Of a stretch of DNA of 64,000 nt, positions 1-13,336 are shown piece after piece. The stretch comes from the human T2T-CHM13v2.0 reference genome, Homo sapiens: NCBI RefSeq assembly GCF_009914755.1, contig NC_060935.1, one strand, 5' to 3'. The position numbers were made by a program, and so were the translations under genes. The notes beneath the pieces are model-generated. The model did no database searches and had not been told where the DNA came from. It saw nothing but the letters and a program-made list of their open reading frames with translations. Position 1 is the stretch's first letter, and the number at the start of each line of letters is the position of its first letter.

Positions 1-87
1 TTGAACCCAGGAGATGGAGGTTGCAGTGAGCTGAGATCACGCCATCGCACTCCAGCTTGGGCAACAAGAGTGAAACTCCGTTGCAAA

Positions 88-125
<38 letters not shown>

Positions 126-130
126 GAAAA
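1..130 (+). mobile_element. Alu 3' end with A-rich tail (cut by window edge)
   Basis: ttgaacccaggag...gcagtgagctgagatc...actccagcttgggcaacaagagtgaaactcc followed by poly(A)/GAAAA. Confidence 0.95.
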
Positions 131-365
131 ATCCCCACAGTGCACATGGACAAAATCACAGAGTTGCTTTGGGAGCGAGGGTGGCAATCAGACACGGAGG
201 CCATGACACAACCTGCTCGTCCACTCAGGGGTCCAGAACCTCCACCCAGTCACCTTATCCGGGGGTGATGGAGACAAGGGAGGTGCCACCTACGCCAGTG
301 TCATCTCTTACAATGAGCTCTTCTCCTGCTCGAAAAGAGCCAGCCTGCTGAGCTTGCTGCCAGGG

Positions 366-455
366 CCCGTCGCACTGCCTGCGCTGTGTTGCCCGTCGCA
401 CAGCCTGTGATATGTGTTTCCCGTCACACGGCCTGTGATATATGTTTCCCATCAT
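366..455. repeat. Short tandem repeat, ~28-bp unit, ~3 copies
   Basis: cccgtcrcacrgcctgtgatatrtgttt-like units start at 366, 392, 420 and partially at 448. Confidence 0.7.
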
Positions 456-2172
456 GTGTGCATGTGTGTTGTCATGTAGTGTCTGTCACAGGTGTTACCC
501 GTCATGTGTGTTTGCATGTTGCATGTGTGTGGCCTATCAGGTGTAAATATGTGTTGTCTGGCACATGTCAGCATCTGGGCATTCTCCGTGTGCCAGGAGC
601 AGCCAGGTGGCCTGTGAAGCCTTCTCATGGGAAATGCCCAGATAGGAAGAGCACAGCCAGGAGCCAAGCCCCTGAGTGGCCACTCCATGTGCCTGGATCA
701 CCTTCAAGTCTGCTCAACACCAGAGCCTCTGTTCCTTGGCACCATGGACATTGGAATTGACTCGGAACTGGGAAGAGCTGTAGACCCACTATCCAGGCAC
801 CCGCTCTCCGTTTGCCCAGCATCCCAGGGGCCCACACCCTTCCAAATATCATCTTGCCCTCCATTCAGAGGTGAATCATCCGAGCGTCAGGTTGCCCAAC
901 TCCGACTGGTTTTGCTGGAGCCTCCATGGAGGATGTCACCAGACACCTCCAGAGAACACTCAGTCTACAGATGCCGAGGGGGAACTGGAAGCACACAGTG
1001 CTGGCCTTCACCCAGGTTATGGTGGCACCTTGGGACCGCTTCTGAGTCTGCTTGTCACTGAAGGTCGGCGTGAGGCAGGCAGCGTTCCCTCCCAGATTTA
1101 GAAAATGTCAAGTCTCCCGCCGCACCCTTTTGTGTTTCTTACAGGGCCTGGTGCGCTTGCTGCCGCCACACTAAGGGCTCCAACATGTTCCCTCACACAC
1201 TCAACAGAGAAGGAACCTGTGGCTCAGATGGCAGACTCCCTGTCCAAGGCCACAGAGTCTGGCCCCAGGGACCACTAGAGGCTTCAAGAACCAAACTCAC
1301 ATGAGGGCAGAGAGGAGAGATGGGGCCAGTTTAGGGCTGGGAGAATCCATAGAGCGATGCTGAGGCAGGCATGGAGCCTGGAGGTACGGACGAGGGTCTC
1401 GCCAAAGTCAGGGGTAAAGAGGCTGTGGGGAGTGAGGAATGGTGTGGGCCAGCCCCGGGCCTGCTGGCGTGCAGCTGGGGGCTCCATGGCCCTCCCACGG
1501 CCCCCACTTGTCCTCACCCAACCGTTCAGAGCTCTTCATGGCGGGGGTGTCCCTCTCCTCTGGCCACAAGAGGAGCGGGTGGAGGAACGGCACCTTCAGG
1601 CCTTGTAGGGGGTCTGCCCCTCCACCAGCCTGTTTCTCGTGGGCATCGCAGCTGAGGCTGTAGCCGGGAAAGGGTAGTCACCGAGCGTACCTGGCCTCCA
1701 ACCACCACTTCCAAGGCCCCTACTGGGCACAGGGTGACCCCACCGTGGCTCGGAAGTAGACCCTGTCCGACGCGGGGATGGTCGCTGGAGGGCCGAGGAT
1801 GCCTACACAGGCCCCTGGAGGGTGTGCCTCGGGAGTCTGTCTCGCCCTCTGGACCCATGGGGGACCAGCAACGCCGTCACACCCTCCTCTGTCTCTGCCA
1901 GCCGCTCCGCCGCTCCCTTCTCCTGGCTGGGGCTGGCAAAGGCAGGCAGGTATGGGGGGCGGGGCCTCAGGAGGGAGGAAGGGCTGGTGGGCGGGGCCTA
2001 CGGACACCTCGCCCCGCCCCCAGTAGGGCGCCGCACTCCCCACACCCCGCGGTCCCCCTAGGTCAGGGCCTGTCACCACCGCGCCCAGAGGCCGGGCCAG
2101 CCGGGCGTGCATCCCAGGGGCGCTCCGTCCCCCGCGGCCTGGGACTCCCCAGTCAGGACAGTACAAAATCTC

Positions 2173-2178
2173 TTTATT
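2173..2178 (-). terminator. Polyadenylation signal AATAAA of the UNC93B-like transcript
   Basis: Plus-strand tttatt = AATAAA on minus, ~420 nt after the stop codon. Confidence 0.75.
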
Positions 2179-2600
2179 GCTCATTTTCTGTAAAAAAATC
2201 GTGGCTCTCGGCGGACCCTGGGGATAGGAGGTGCAAAGCGCGCTCACACGCGGCCCGGGTCCGCGGCCGACAGCTGGGAGGATCTGGAGCGGGGCCGGGT
2301 CGCAAGAAGACCCTGACCCTGCTCCCGCGCTGGGGCGCGTGCTAAGGGCCCGCAGGGTTTCAGCTGTATTTTCGAACCCCTGTGCTTGGCCGAGGGGTTC
2401 CCAAGGCTCCACTCCGCCTTGGAGGGGGCTGCGGAAGCCCGGAGGTGACCCGGGCTCTGGGAGGGGCGTCCCCAATGTGGGGGAGGGGAGACAGGGGCCT
2501 TTGAATACAGCGCGGGACTCGGAGGGGGTCCCCCCGACCTAAGACGTGGTAAACTGAGGCCGGCGAGGAGGGAGGCTGAGGCCGGGGACCAGGCGGCCCC

Positions 2601-2909
2601 TCACTGCTCCTCCGGTCCGTCTCCCCTCTGCGCCTGTTCGTACGGGCAGGGCCGGCGGCCGAGTCCAGCGGGCTCGGGGCCAGGCCTGGGCCCCGCGGGC
2701 GGCGCCTCCTCCTCCGCGCCGTCCCCATGCTCGTCCTCCGCGTCGCTCTCCTCCGAGTTGTCCTCCAAGTAGCGGTAACCGCGCACCTTGTGCTGGGGCC
2801 GCGGGATGCGGGGCTGAGGCGGGGCCACGCCCCGCCGCAGCTTCTGCTCCATCCGCAGGTAGGAGACCGCGGCCGCCACCAGCGTCACCAGCAGCATCGC
2901 CAGCTTAGC
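2601..2909 (-). pseudogene. UNC93B1-like exon 11, coding part
   Basis: Acceptor cgcccag|GCTAAG at 2911-2910; AKLAMLLVTLVAAAVSYLRMEQKLRRGVAPPQPRIPRPQHKVRGYRYL...EEQ; TGA at 2603-2601. Confidence 0.95.
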
Positions 2910-3373
2910 CTGGGCGTAAGGAGAGGGATGCCAGGGACCCGCGGCCGCCTCGCCCCGCACCTTCCCCGCCTATGCCCCTCGCTGAGATAGGCCCTTCCCT
3001 CCTCCGGGAGCCTCCCGGGCCACGCGGCCCTCAACTTCTCCAGCCCCTCCACCCATGCTTCCTGGACCGCCTCCTGCAGGTGAGGCTCACATCCAGCACT
3101 GTCCCTTACAGTCGCCACGCCCCTGGCGACCTCAGTGTCCCACACTGTAAGGGGACAATGCAAATCCCTTTGCCTCATAGGGTGCATGCGCCAGTGTTGA
3201 TAAAGTGCTGGCCACAGGCCCTGCCTTCCCAGGGCTCACAACACTGTGTCCCTGACACACCCGTGGGCTGTAGTGATGCTCTTCATGGGGTTTTGACTAT
3301 AACCCGCAGTCAGGAATGATTTCACACCATAGCCCAGTACATACACACATATCTGTATGCATACTTCCTGCTC

Positions 3374-3995
<622 letters not shown>

Positions 3996-4014
3996 ACTCC
4001 CTGCTATTTTTAGT

Positions 4015-4333
4015 TCTATTTTTATTTTTATTTATTTATTTATTTTTGAGACGGTGTTTCGCTCTTGTTGCTTAGGCTGGATGGAGTGTCAAGGCCCCGT
4101 CTCGGCTAACTGCAACCTCCGCCTCCCAGTTCAAGTGATTCTCCTGCCTCAGCCTCCCGAGTAGCTGTGATTACAGGCACCTGCCATCATGCCCGGCTGA
4201 TTTTTATATTTTTAGTAGAGACGAGGTTTCACCATGTCGGTCAGGCTGGTCTCAAACTCCCTACCTCAGGCAATCCACTCGCCTTGGCCCCCCAAAGTGC
4301 TGGGATTACAGGCGTGAGCCACCGCGCCCGGCC
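4015..4333 (-). mobile_element. Alu (AluS-like)
   Basis: (TTTA)n tail, antisense Alu body ending gcgcccggcc. Confidence 0.9.
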
Positions 4334-4720
4334 TTTAGTTCTATTTTTTAAAAATATTTAGCAACTGGGACTTGCTAGACCGAGCCACCATCTTTTGTGA
4401 GCAGATCGTGAGGAGCCTGCTCCCCTTCAGGCCATGAAGGGAGACAGACCCAACATCTGGAGAACAGGGTACCAAACAGCCCACAGGATGGCTGTGATGC
4501 ATCCACAAATCCCCTCAGAGATGGGCAAACTGAGACTGGCTGGAGGTGGGCCAGTAAGTGGGGTGCTGAGTTGGGGGCCACCCAGTGGGCTGCAGGAATG
4601 GGGCCTTGGCCCAGAGACTGGCTTGAGAAGGGGTGGTGTTTAGGAGGCTGTGAAGCCAGGGCAGGAGCTAAGGAAGTACCTGTCATTGGGCATGGGACCC
4701 CCAACCCTGCCCAGTCTCAC

Positions 4721-4839
4721 CTTCATGTGCAGGCTTGAGCCCAGGTACACGGTGAAGATGGCCACAGCCTGCCACCAGTGGTAGATGGTGAAGATGAAGT
4801 CCTGTCTCTCCTTGTCTTTGTACAAGATTCCCAGGAGTG
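4721..4839 (-). pseudogene. UNC93B1-like exon 10 (119 nt)
   Basis: cctgcag|CACTCCTGG...ATGAAG|gtgaga; (T)LLGILYKDKERQDFIFTIYHWWQAVAIFTVYLGSSLHMK. Confidence 0.95.
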
Positions 4840-6633
4840 CTGCAGGCAGGCAGTACAGGGCAGGCAGGGGAGAGGTGTCACCCGGGGCCTGGGGCTGCCT
4901 AGCTACCATCTATGAACTTTACTAAGCCCTGTATGTGTCCCAGCCCGGGACCAGAGAACGCCTAGAAAGTGCTGTGAGGCGGTCCTGGCCTGCCCCCTGG
5001 TGGAGACCCTGGTCACCACACTGCTCACACGCTAAGCAGAAGTAGGAGCAGGTGCGCCGGCCTGTGTGGATGCAGGTGGTCCCGCTCCGCACCACATGCG
5101 TGGCCTCAAAAGAAGAAAGCTCTGTGCTTAGTCATGTCCTGTCCCCAACCCCAGGTGTGCAGTGCCAAGCTTGCAGGCGCTGTTTCTCCTTCTCAGCCGG
5201 GACTAGAGGGATCGAACTGTTTGCAGCTGCCAACTCTGCAAATCAAACCTGAAGCTAAGCATGGAGAGGGGGGCTTCCTTTCCAGTGAGTCCTCCCAGGG
5301 TGGACAACAAGAGTAATGGATTGGGAGTCAGAAGATGCACACTCGTTCTCAGGACTGTAATGTTGGCTCTGTGGATGATTTGGGTACTTAACTCCCCAGA
5401 GCTGCTTTTCCCAATGGTGAGATGAGCTTATGCCTATTGTGTGCTGTGTTCTGAAGTTCTAAAGTGAGAAAGAGGGCATGGCACCTGCCAAATCATAGGG
5501 GCCACTATTAACACCTTCACCAGGCACTCAGGACATGAACACTCCTGTCTTGGGGCCCTGCAGGGTGACTTTACCCCCACAGTGCTGCTATGAAGAGACA
5601 AGGATCCCCCGGGGTTCACCAGCTGGGCAGAGGAGATGCCATGACCAGACAGGGCACAACATGGGTTCAAGATACCCAGGTTGGTCTCTGCCCAGAATTG
5701 GCTATCCTTGAGCAAAACGGCCAAGAGACTGTGGTGCAGTATGAGGCTCCAGCCCCTGCTACAGACAGAGACACCGAGCCAGCCTCTGCCCTGCCAGCAG
5801 CAGGCATGACCTCGGCCACTCCACACCCCCAAGGATGACGTTCAAAACTGTTCACAGCTTCGGCCCATCAGAACAGACACTGACATGGATGCCCGGCAGG
5901 ACTGCCCGTGTGTGCTAGCTGTGTGTCACTGTGTGTGCCCATCTGTGGTCAGGGAGCATCCTGGAGCTGAACATGGGCCCACCCGCTGCCTTCTGCAAAC
6001 AGGGCCCTGTTCCCCAGCAGCCCAGACCTGGGGCCTGGACTCTGGTACTGAGCAGACTGGGCTGGGGCTGCAGGCCTGCTCCTCTCTATACAAAGGCCCA
6101 TGTCTGTATCTATGCCGTGGATGTACAACAGGCCACTTGCTCCTACCATATGCTCCGTGAGGCAGAGACCAAAATATCTGCTCCAAATGTCATGAAAACA
6201 ATGCCAGGGTAAGCCCTGTCCCCTGGTATGAAAAGGGAGAATCCCTGATGTGTTTTTCACACTGTCCCTAAGGGGTGTCCACAGAGCCCCACACCTGCCC
6301 CGTGTAGCCACGAGATTTCACACTGACCCTCCAGTGTTGATGGGGCCCTGTGCCCGCCCTGGGGTATTAACGGAATGTCCATGGCGTGGAACCCCCACAA
6401 CTGTCTCCAGGGTGTCCACGCCCTACCCATCTGTCCCCAGTGTGTCCATGAGACTTTCCTTCCACCCCCGGAGTGTCCACAGGAAGCCCCACCTGCCTCT
6501 GCCATGTCCACAGGACCCTAGGTGACCATGGGACCCCATATCTGTCTCTGGGATGTCTATGCCTAGCCAACCACCCACAGATAGCCATAAAGCCCCCTGC
6601 CCCGCCCCCTCCAGTGCCCACAGCTATACTCAC

Positions 6634-6907
6634 TGCTGAGTCCAGTATTGTTCAGGGCGCTGCCCACACCCCAAAGGGCAGCTGCCACACAGAGGATCCA
6701 GCTGTGTTGCAGGACCCGAGGCACAGGGGCCCAGAAAAAGAGGATGAAGGTGAGCAGCAGGTGCACCCCTGCTCCAGCCACGAGGGGCACCGGGCGTGGC
6801 AGCCACAGGCCCAGCAGGCCCAGGAGTGAGGCGGCTGAGGTGCCCAGGCTGTAAGCCATGAGGAGGTAAGCCAGCCGCTCCAGCCCCACCAAGCACACGC
6901 CATAGCC
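6634..6907 (-). pseudogene. UNC93B1-like exon 9 (274 nt)
   Basis: ccccgcag|GGCTATGGC...CTCAGCA|gtgagt; GYGVCLVGLERLAYLLMAYSLG...GAGVHLLLTFILFFWAPVPRVLQHSW...NTGLS. Confidence 0.95.
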
Positions 6908-6967
6908 CTGCGGGGGGACAAGGGGTGAGTGTTGAAGTCCGGAACAGCCCAGACCCCAGTCTCAGCC

Positions 6968-7130
6968 CTCCCCGCATTGCGGGGGGTGCCTCACCCCCCT
7001 GCGATAGGTGCCCTAAGAGCCAGGGGAGGAGAAGGGCTGACTCGTACTCCCCGCATCGCGGGGGGTGCCTCACCCCCCTGCGATGGGGGTCCTAAGAGCC
7101 AGGGGGGGAAGAGGGGCTGGCTCTTACTAT
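6968..7130. repeat. Two GC-rich SATR-derived units (79-bp period)
   Basis: ccccgcatygcggggggtgcctcacccc...cctaagagccagggg at 6970 and 7049; same motif at 22797-22914. Confidence 0.8.
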
Positions 7131-7391
7131 TCCTGAGGGAATAGTTTAGAGGGACTCATTCCCTGCTATCGTGGGTGAGATGTCTATGAAAAGGACAACC
7201 AGTGGGGGAGGGTAGCAAAATTTTGAAGTAGATTTCTGAGACCCCCCAGCACAACCAGGAACAGAAACTCCACACTCTGCTGAGCGGATAGTTTGCATAT
7301 TGGTCTCCTCCCATCTGCCCAGCGCACTCTCCTGTTTGTCCTGAAGAGGAGGAAACCAAACAAGGCTCCCGACCGTCCCTCAGCACTCACT

Positions 7392-8404
7392 TGAAGGGGT
7401 GGTCCGTCCCTCCACACCTGTGGGTATTTCTAGTTGGGTGGGAAGAGACTGAGAAAAGAAATAAGACACAGAGACAAAGTATGGAGAAACAACAGTGAGC
7501 CCAGGGGACCGGCGCTCAGCATACCAAGGACCTGCACTGGCACAGGCCTCTGAGTTCCCTCAGTTTTTATTGATGATTATTTTTATTATTTTAGCAAAAA
7601 GGAATGTAGTAGGAGGGCAGGGTGATAATAAGGAGAAGGTCAGCAACGAAGATGTGAGCAATAGAATCTATGTCATAATGAAGTTCAAGGGAAGGTACTA
7701 TGACTGGACGAGTATGTAAGCCAGATTGATGTTTCTCTCCACCCAAACATCTCAGTGAAGTAAAGAATAACAAGGCAGCATTGCTGCAAACATGTCTCGC
7801 CTCCCACCATAGGGCGGTTTTTCCCCCATCTCAGAATTGAGCAAATGTACAATCGGGTTTTATACCGAGACATTCAGTTCCCAGGGGCAGGCAGGAGACA
7901 GCGGCCTTCCTCTCTCTCAACTGCAAGAGGCTTTCCTCTTTGACTAATCCACCTCAGCACAGACCCTTTACTGGTGTCAGGCTCATGGACGGTCAGGTCT
8001 TTCTCCTCCCACGAGGCCACTTTTCAGACTAACTATGGGGAGAAACCTTGGACAATACGCCGCTTTCAAGGGCAGGGCTCCCTGCGGCTTTCCACAGTGT
8101 ATTGTGCCCCTGGTTTATTGAGACTAGAGAATGGCGATGACTTTTACCAAGTATACTGCTTGGAAACATCTTGTTAACAAGGCACGTCCTGCACAGCCCT
8201 AGATCCCTTAAACCTTGATTTCATACAACACATGTTTTTGTGAGCTTCAGGTTGGGTCGAAGTGGCTGGGGCAAAGCTACACATTAACAACATCTCAGCA
8301 AAGAAATTGTTGAAAGTACAGGTCTTTCTCAAAATGGAGTCTCTTATGTCTTTCCTTTCTACATAGACACAGTAAGAGTCTGATCTCTCTTTCTTTTCCC
8401 TACA
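7392..8404 (-). mobile_element. HERV-K(HML-2) solo LTR, LTR5A-like
   Basis: Minus strand starts TGTAGGGAAAAGAAAGAGAGATCAGAC and ends CCCCTTCA; 6-bp TSD ctcact at 7386-7391 and 8405-8410. Confidence 0.92.
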
Positions 8405-9144
8405 CTCACTGAACTGCCCTTCCCCTCTGCTGGGCCATGACCACGGAGAACAGGTCCAGTGTCCTCCTTCTGTGGTGCACCATGGAGGCTCAGACTCCAT
8501 CCTCAAGGCTGGCAAGAAGACAGGGTGAGATGTGAGCCTCCTGATACAGGTGACGGAAGTGGAGCCCACAGGACTGGAACCTCACACTGTAGGGCTGGAG
8601 GCACAGACTGACTATTTACTATTCTGTGGCCTGGGGGGCTCAAGGCACAGAGCTCCTTATTAGACAAAGTCACCCAAGTTCCCCAACCTCTAAGGATTTC
8701 CTCATAATAATGCAAGAAGAAGAAGAGAAAAGTGAGTGTCCATAGAAGCTTTGGGGCTCTTCCTCTAATCAGGAGAAAGCTGGTGTGTATTCTTTGCTTC
8801 TTTCTTTTCTTTTTAAACATCCAACTGCTTTAATTTTCATCTTTTATTAAGGGAAAATATACCACGCATAAATATTTAAAATTATAAATATATATTAGTT
8901 CATATAGAATGGCCGGTATAAACATTTATAATTTCCATGCTTTTTCAGTTTACAGTTTCATGACATTAAGTACGTTCACATTGTTTACCAACCATCACTG
9001 CCATCGTCTCCAACACAGTTTTATCTTTCAAAATGTAAATTGCACCCATTCACCAAGCTCTCCACTCCTCTCTCTCGCCCACCCCTGGAGGCCACCTTTC
9101 TAGTTTGCAACTCTATGAATTTAACTACTCTAGACACTTGATAG

Positions 9145-9874
<730 letters not shown>

Positions 9875-10923
9875 AGAAGTGCCTGCCTTCTGGAAGACTA
9901 TTAAGGCTGAATAGTCTTCCATTGTATGAAGGAACTGCAGTGTGCTTTTTCATTCATCTGTCCACGAACCCTTGGGTTGCTTCCACATTTTGGCTGTTGT
10001 GAATACTGCTGCTATGAATATGGGTGTACACAAATCTGTCTTCCACTCCTGGCTTCTAATTCTTTTTGGTAGCTACCCACAAATGCAACTGTGGGAACAT
10101 CTGATCATTCTGTTTCTAATTTTTCCAGTAGACGCCATACTATTTTCCCCGTTCCTTCACGGTTTTACATTCCCTCCGATCATATTCGAGCATTCCTACT
10201 TCCCTCTAGTCTCACCAATGCTTGTTTGTTTATCATATCCATCCTAATGTGTGGTATCACATTCTTGGTTTGATTTGCACTTCCCTATGATGAGTGATTT
10301 TGAACATCATTTTCGATGCTTATTGGCCATTGCTATATCTTCTTTAGGAACACGTCTACTCGAGTCTTCTGACCATTGTTGATGGGATGCTTTGGGTTTC
10401 TTGTTGTTTAGTTCTAGCTGTTCTTTATATATGATGGATATCAGCCTCTTTTCAGATATATGCTTTGCAAATATTTTTCCTAATCCATGGGTTATCTTTT
10501 CACTCAGTTCACAGTGTTTTTTGCTGCACAAAAGTGTCTGTCATTTAGATGTAATCCAAGGAATCTAATTTTCTTTTGTTGCCTATGCTTTTGGTGTCAT
10601 ATCCCAGAGAACATTGCCCAATCTGATGTCATGAAAGCGTGACCAATGTTTTCTTTTAGGTGTATGATACTTTTAGTGCTTGGGGTGAGGTCTTTGATCC
10701 AGTTTGTGTTAATTTTTGCACCTGGTGTGACATAGGGTCCACCTTCATTCTTCTGCATGTGGAAATCAAGTTTCTCCAACACCATTTCTTGAAAAGGCTT
10801 CTTTTCCACCAATGAGCTTTCTTAGCACTCATGTGAAAAATCATTTGAACATATAGGTGAGAAGTTTTTTCTGGGCTCCAAAACAAACAAACGACAACAG
10901 ACAACAGATAAGGATACAGCATG

Positions 10924-11228
<305 letters not shown>

Positions 11229-11499
11229 CAGCATAATTTCAAGAGCAGAAAGAGAAGAGCTTAAAAACCAGTATAATGAGAAAGTTAGGAAGTTTCTTAC
11301 CAAAGCATCTGGAAATATGCAAGCAATTCTTGTGAACTAAAATTTTCATACTGTACTATCAAACACTAGAACACACTTATTCCATCTTTCTGTATTTTGG
11401 GACCCAATTATCCACTTGTCTTCATTCCCTATCCCACCCCTTTTCTTCCTAGTGTCTGCTAACCACCTTTATACTTTCCACCTTCCTGAGATTCCTTTT

Positions 11500-11795
11500 G
11501 TGTGTAGGTGTGTGATGGAGTCTCTTACTGTTGCCCAGGTTGGAGTACGCAGACACAATCCGGGCTCACTGCAAGCTCCGCCTCCCGAGTTCAAGCGCTT
11601 CTTGGGCCTCAGCCCTCTGAGTAGCTGAGACTACAGGCACGCGTCACCACGCCCGGCTCATTGTTTGTGTTTTCCGTAGAGACGGGGTTTCACCATGTTG
11701 GCCAGGTGGATCTCGAACTCCTGGACTCAAGTGATCCGTGCGACTTGGCCTCCCAGAGTGCTGGGATTACAGGCCTGAGCCACCGCACCTGGCCA
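11500..11795 (-). mobile_element. Alu
   Basis: Antisense Alu body. Confidence 0.88.
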
Positions 11796-12126
11796 AGGTT
11801 TCCTTTTTTCTTCCTACATAGAAGTGAGGACATGAAATATTTGTCATTCTGTGCCTGGCTTCTTTCATTTAATATACAGACCTGCAATCTCATCCATTTT
11901 GTCTGCAGCGGAGAGGAGTTTCTTCCTTTTTTGGATGAATAATACTTCACTGGGTGTGTATACCACAGTTTCTTCATTGAAACAAATTTCTGAAGAGCAA
12001 ATATTTTTAAAATGTCTCGGGATGTGAAACTTCAGGGATACTGTGCCCATTTTATTCTTTACTATTTCCCATCTTATGTATATGCAAGTGTATAACAAAG
12101 CAGCAATCAATGTGTGTATAAATCTA

Positions 12127-12480
<354 letters not shown>

Positions 12481-12886
12481 ATAGAAAATGCGAAATGGTA
12501 AGAAAAAACAGCATAATAAACATTTGTATGGTGTTGATGGACAATGCATTTGAAGATAATATTTGAAGATATTATATTACAATAAATTTCTGTTCTTACT
12601 CATTGGAGCTTGATGCCCCTAAAAACTTCGTCATTGGAACCACCTCTGGTGCTTTAAAAGAAAAAAAAAAAAATCCACATACTCACACAGGTGCAAGGAA
12701 ATCAGAATCTCAGGTATTGAGACCCAGGCCTCATCATTTGTAAGCTCCCCAGGTGATTTGACTCAAAGCCAAGATTGAGGAACGGCGACATGGATCTCTC
12801 TACATAACCTGCCTAAATAGATTCTCTAGAAGCAGTTTATAAAGAAATTCCGCAAGAACTGCGGAAGAGGATATGAATTTGATGTA

Positions 12887-13090
12887 CGGTATGTCCTCAC
12901 TTAACATCTTTGAAAGTCTCTTGGAAACTTCACCTTGAAGCAAAATTATGTATAGTGAAACCACTTATTTTTCATCAACAGTATAACTACACAACTTTGA
13001 ACAACCAATGGTGTTGGAGGACCTCCTGTACATTGTTTCCATAAAGTCAGTTTTCAGGGAATTCCAAAACGAAGTGAGGACTTCATGTAT
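12887..13090. mobile_element. Internally deleted Tigger-family DNA transposon (MER82-like)
   Basis: Inverted ends gtcctcactt (12893) and aagtgaggac (13072); internal motifs resemble MER82 as recalled. Confidence 0.5.
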
Positions 13091-13336
13091 ATAAAAAGAT
13101 GGCTGTGATTCCACCTGGATGACAGGGTTATTGCTCAGAAACTAAAAGAGGCCGCCTAGGTATAGAGGATTCAGTCATGAGGTTTCTGCTAAACAAAGGG
13201 TCCCAGAATCCTCACCCATTCCAGTGAAAGGCATAACAAAGAAAGCAATATTCACAAAGGAAATGCGGAAAGGAATAAAAGCCATCAAGCCACAAAAATA
13301 ATGTGACTAAGGGGCAGGATTTGCAGATGTAGAGAT

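Larger units (their letters stand above)
1950..3130. promoter_or_regulatory. CpG island over the UNC93B last exon and 3' UTR
   Basis: Very GC- and CpG-rich by eye (cgcgcc, gccggcggccg); O/E ratio not computed. Confidence 0.75.

Noticed and set aside
1720-2728. GC-rich ORFs of 100-250 aa over the CpG island
   Set aside because: Overlapping in several frames, low stop density explained by GC content, no recognisable domain.
8174-8569. 131-aa ORF 'conserved' at 31023-31418
   Set aside because: Both lie in the duplicated LTR/flank block, so the similarity reflects recent duplication rather than selection.
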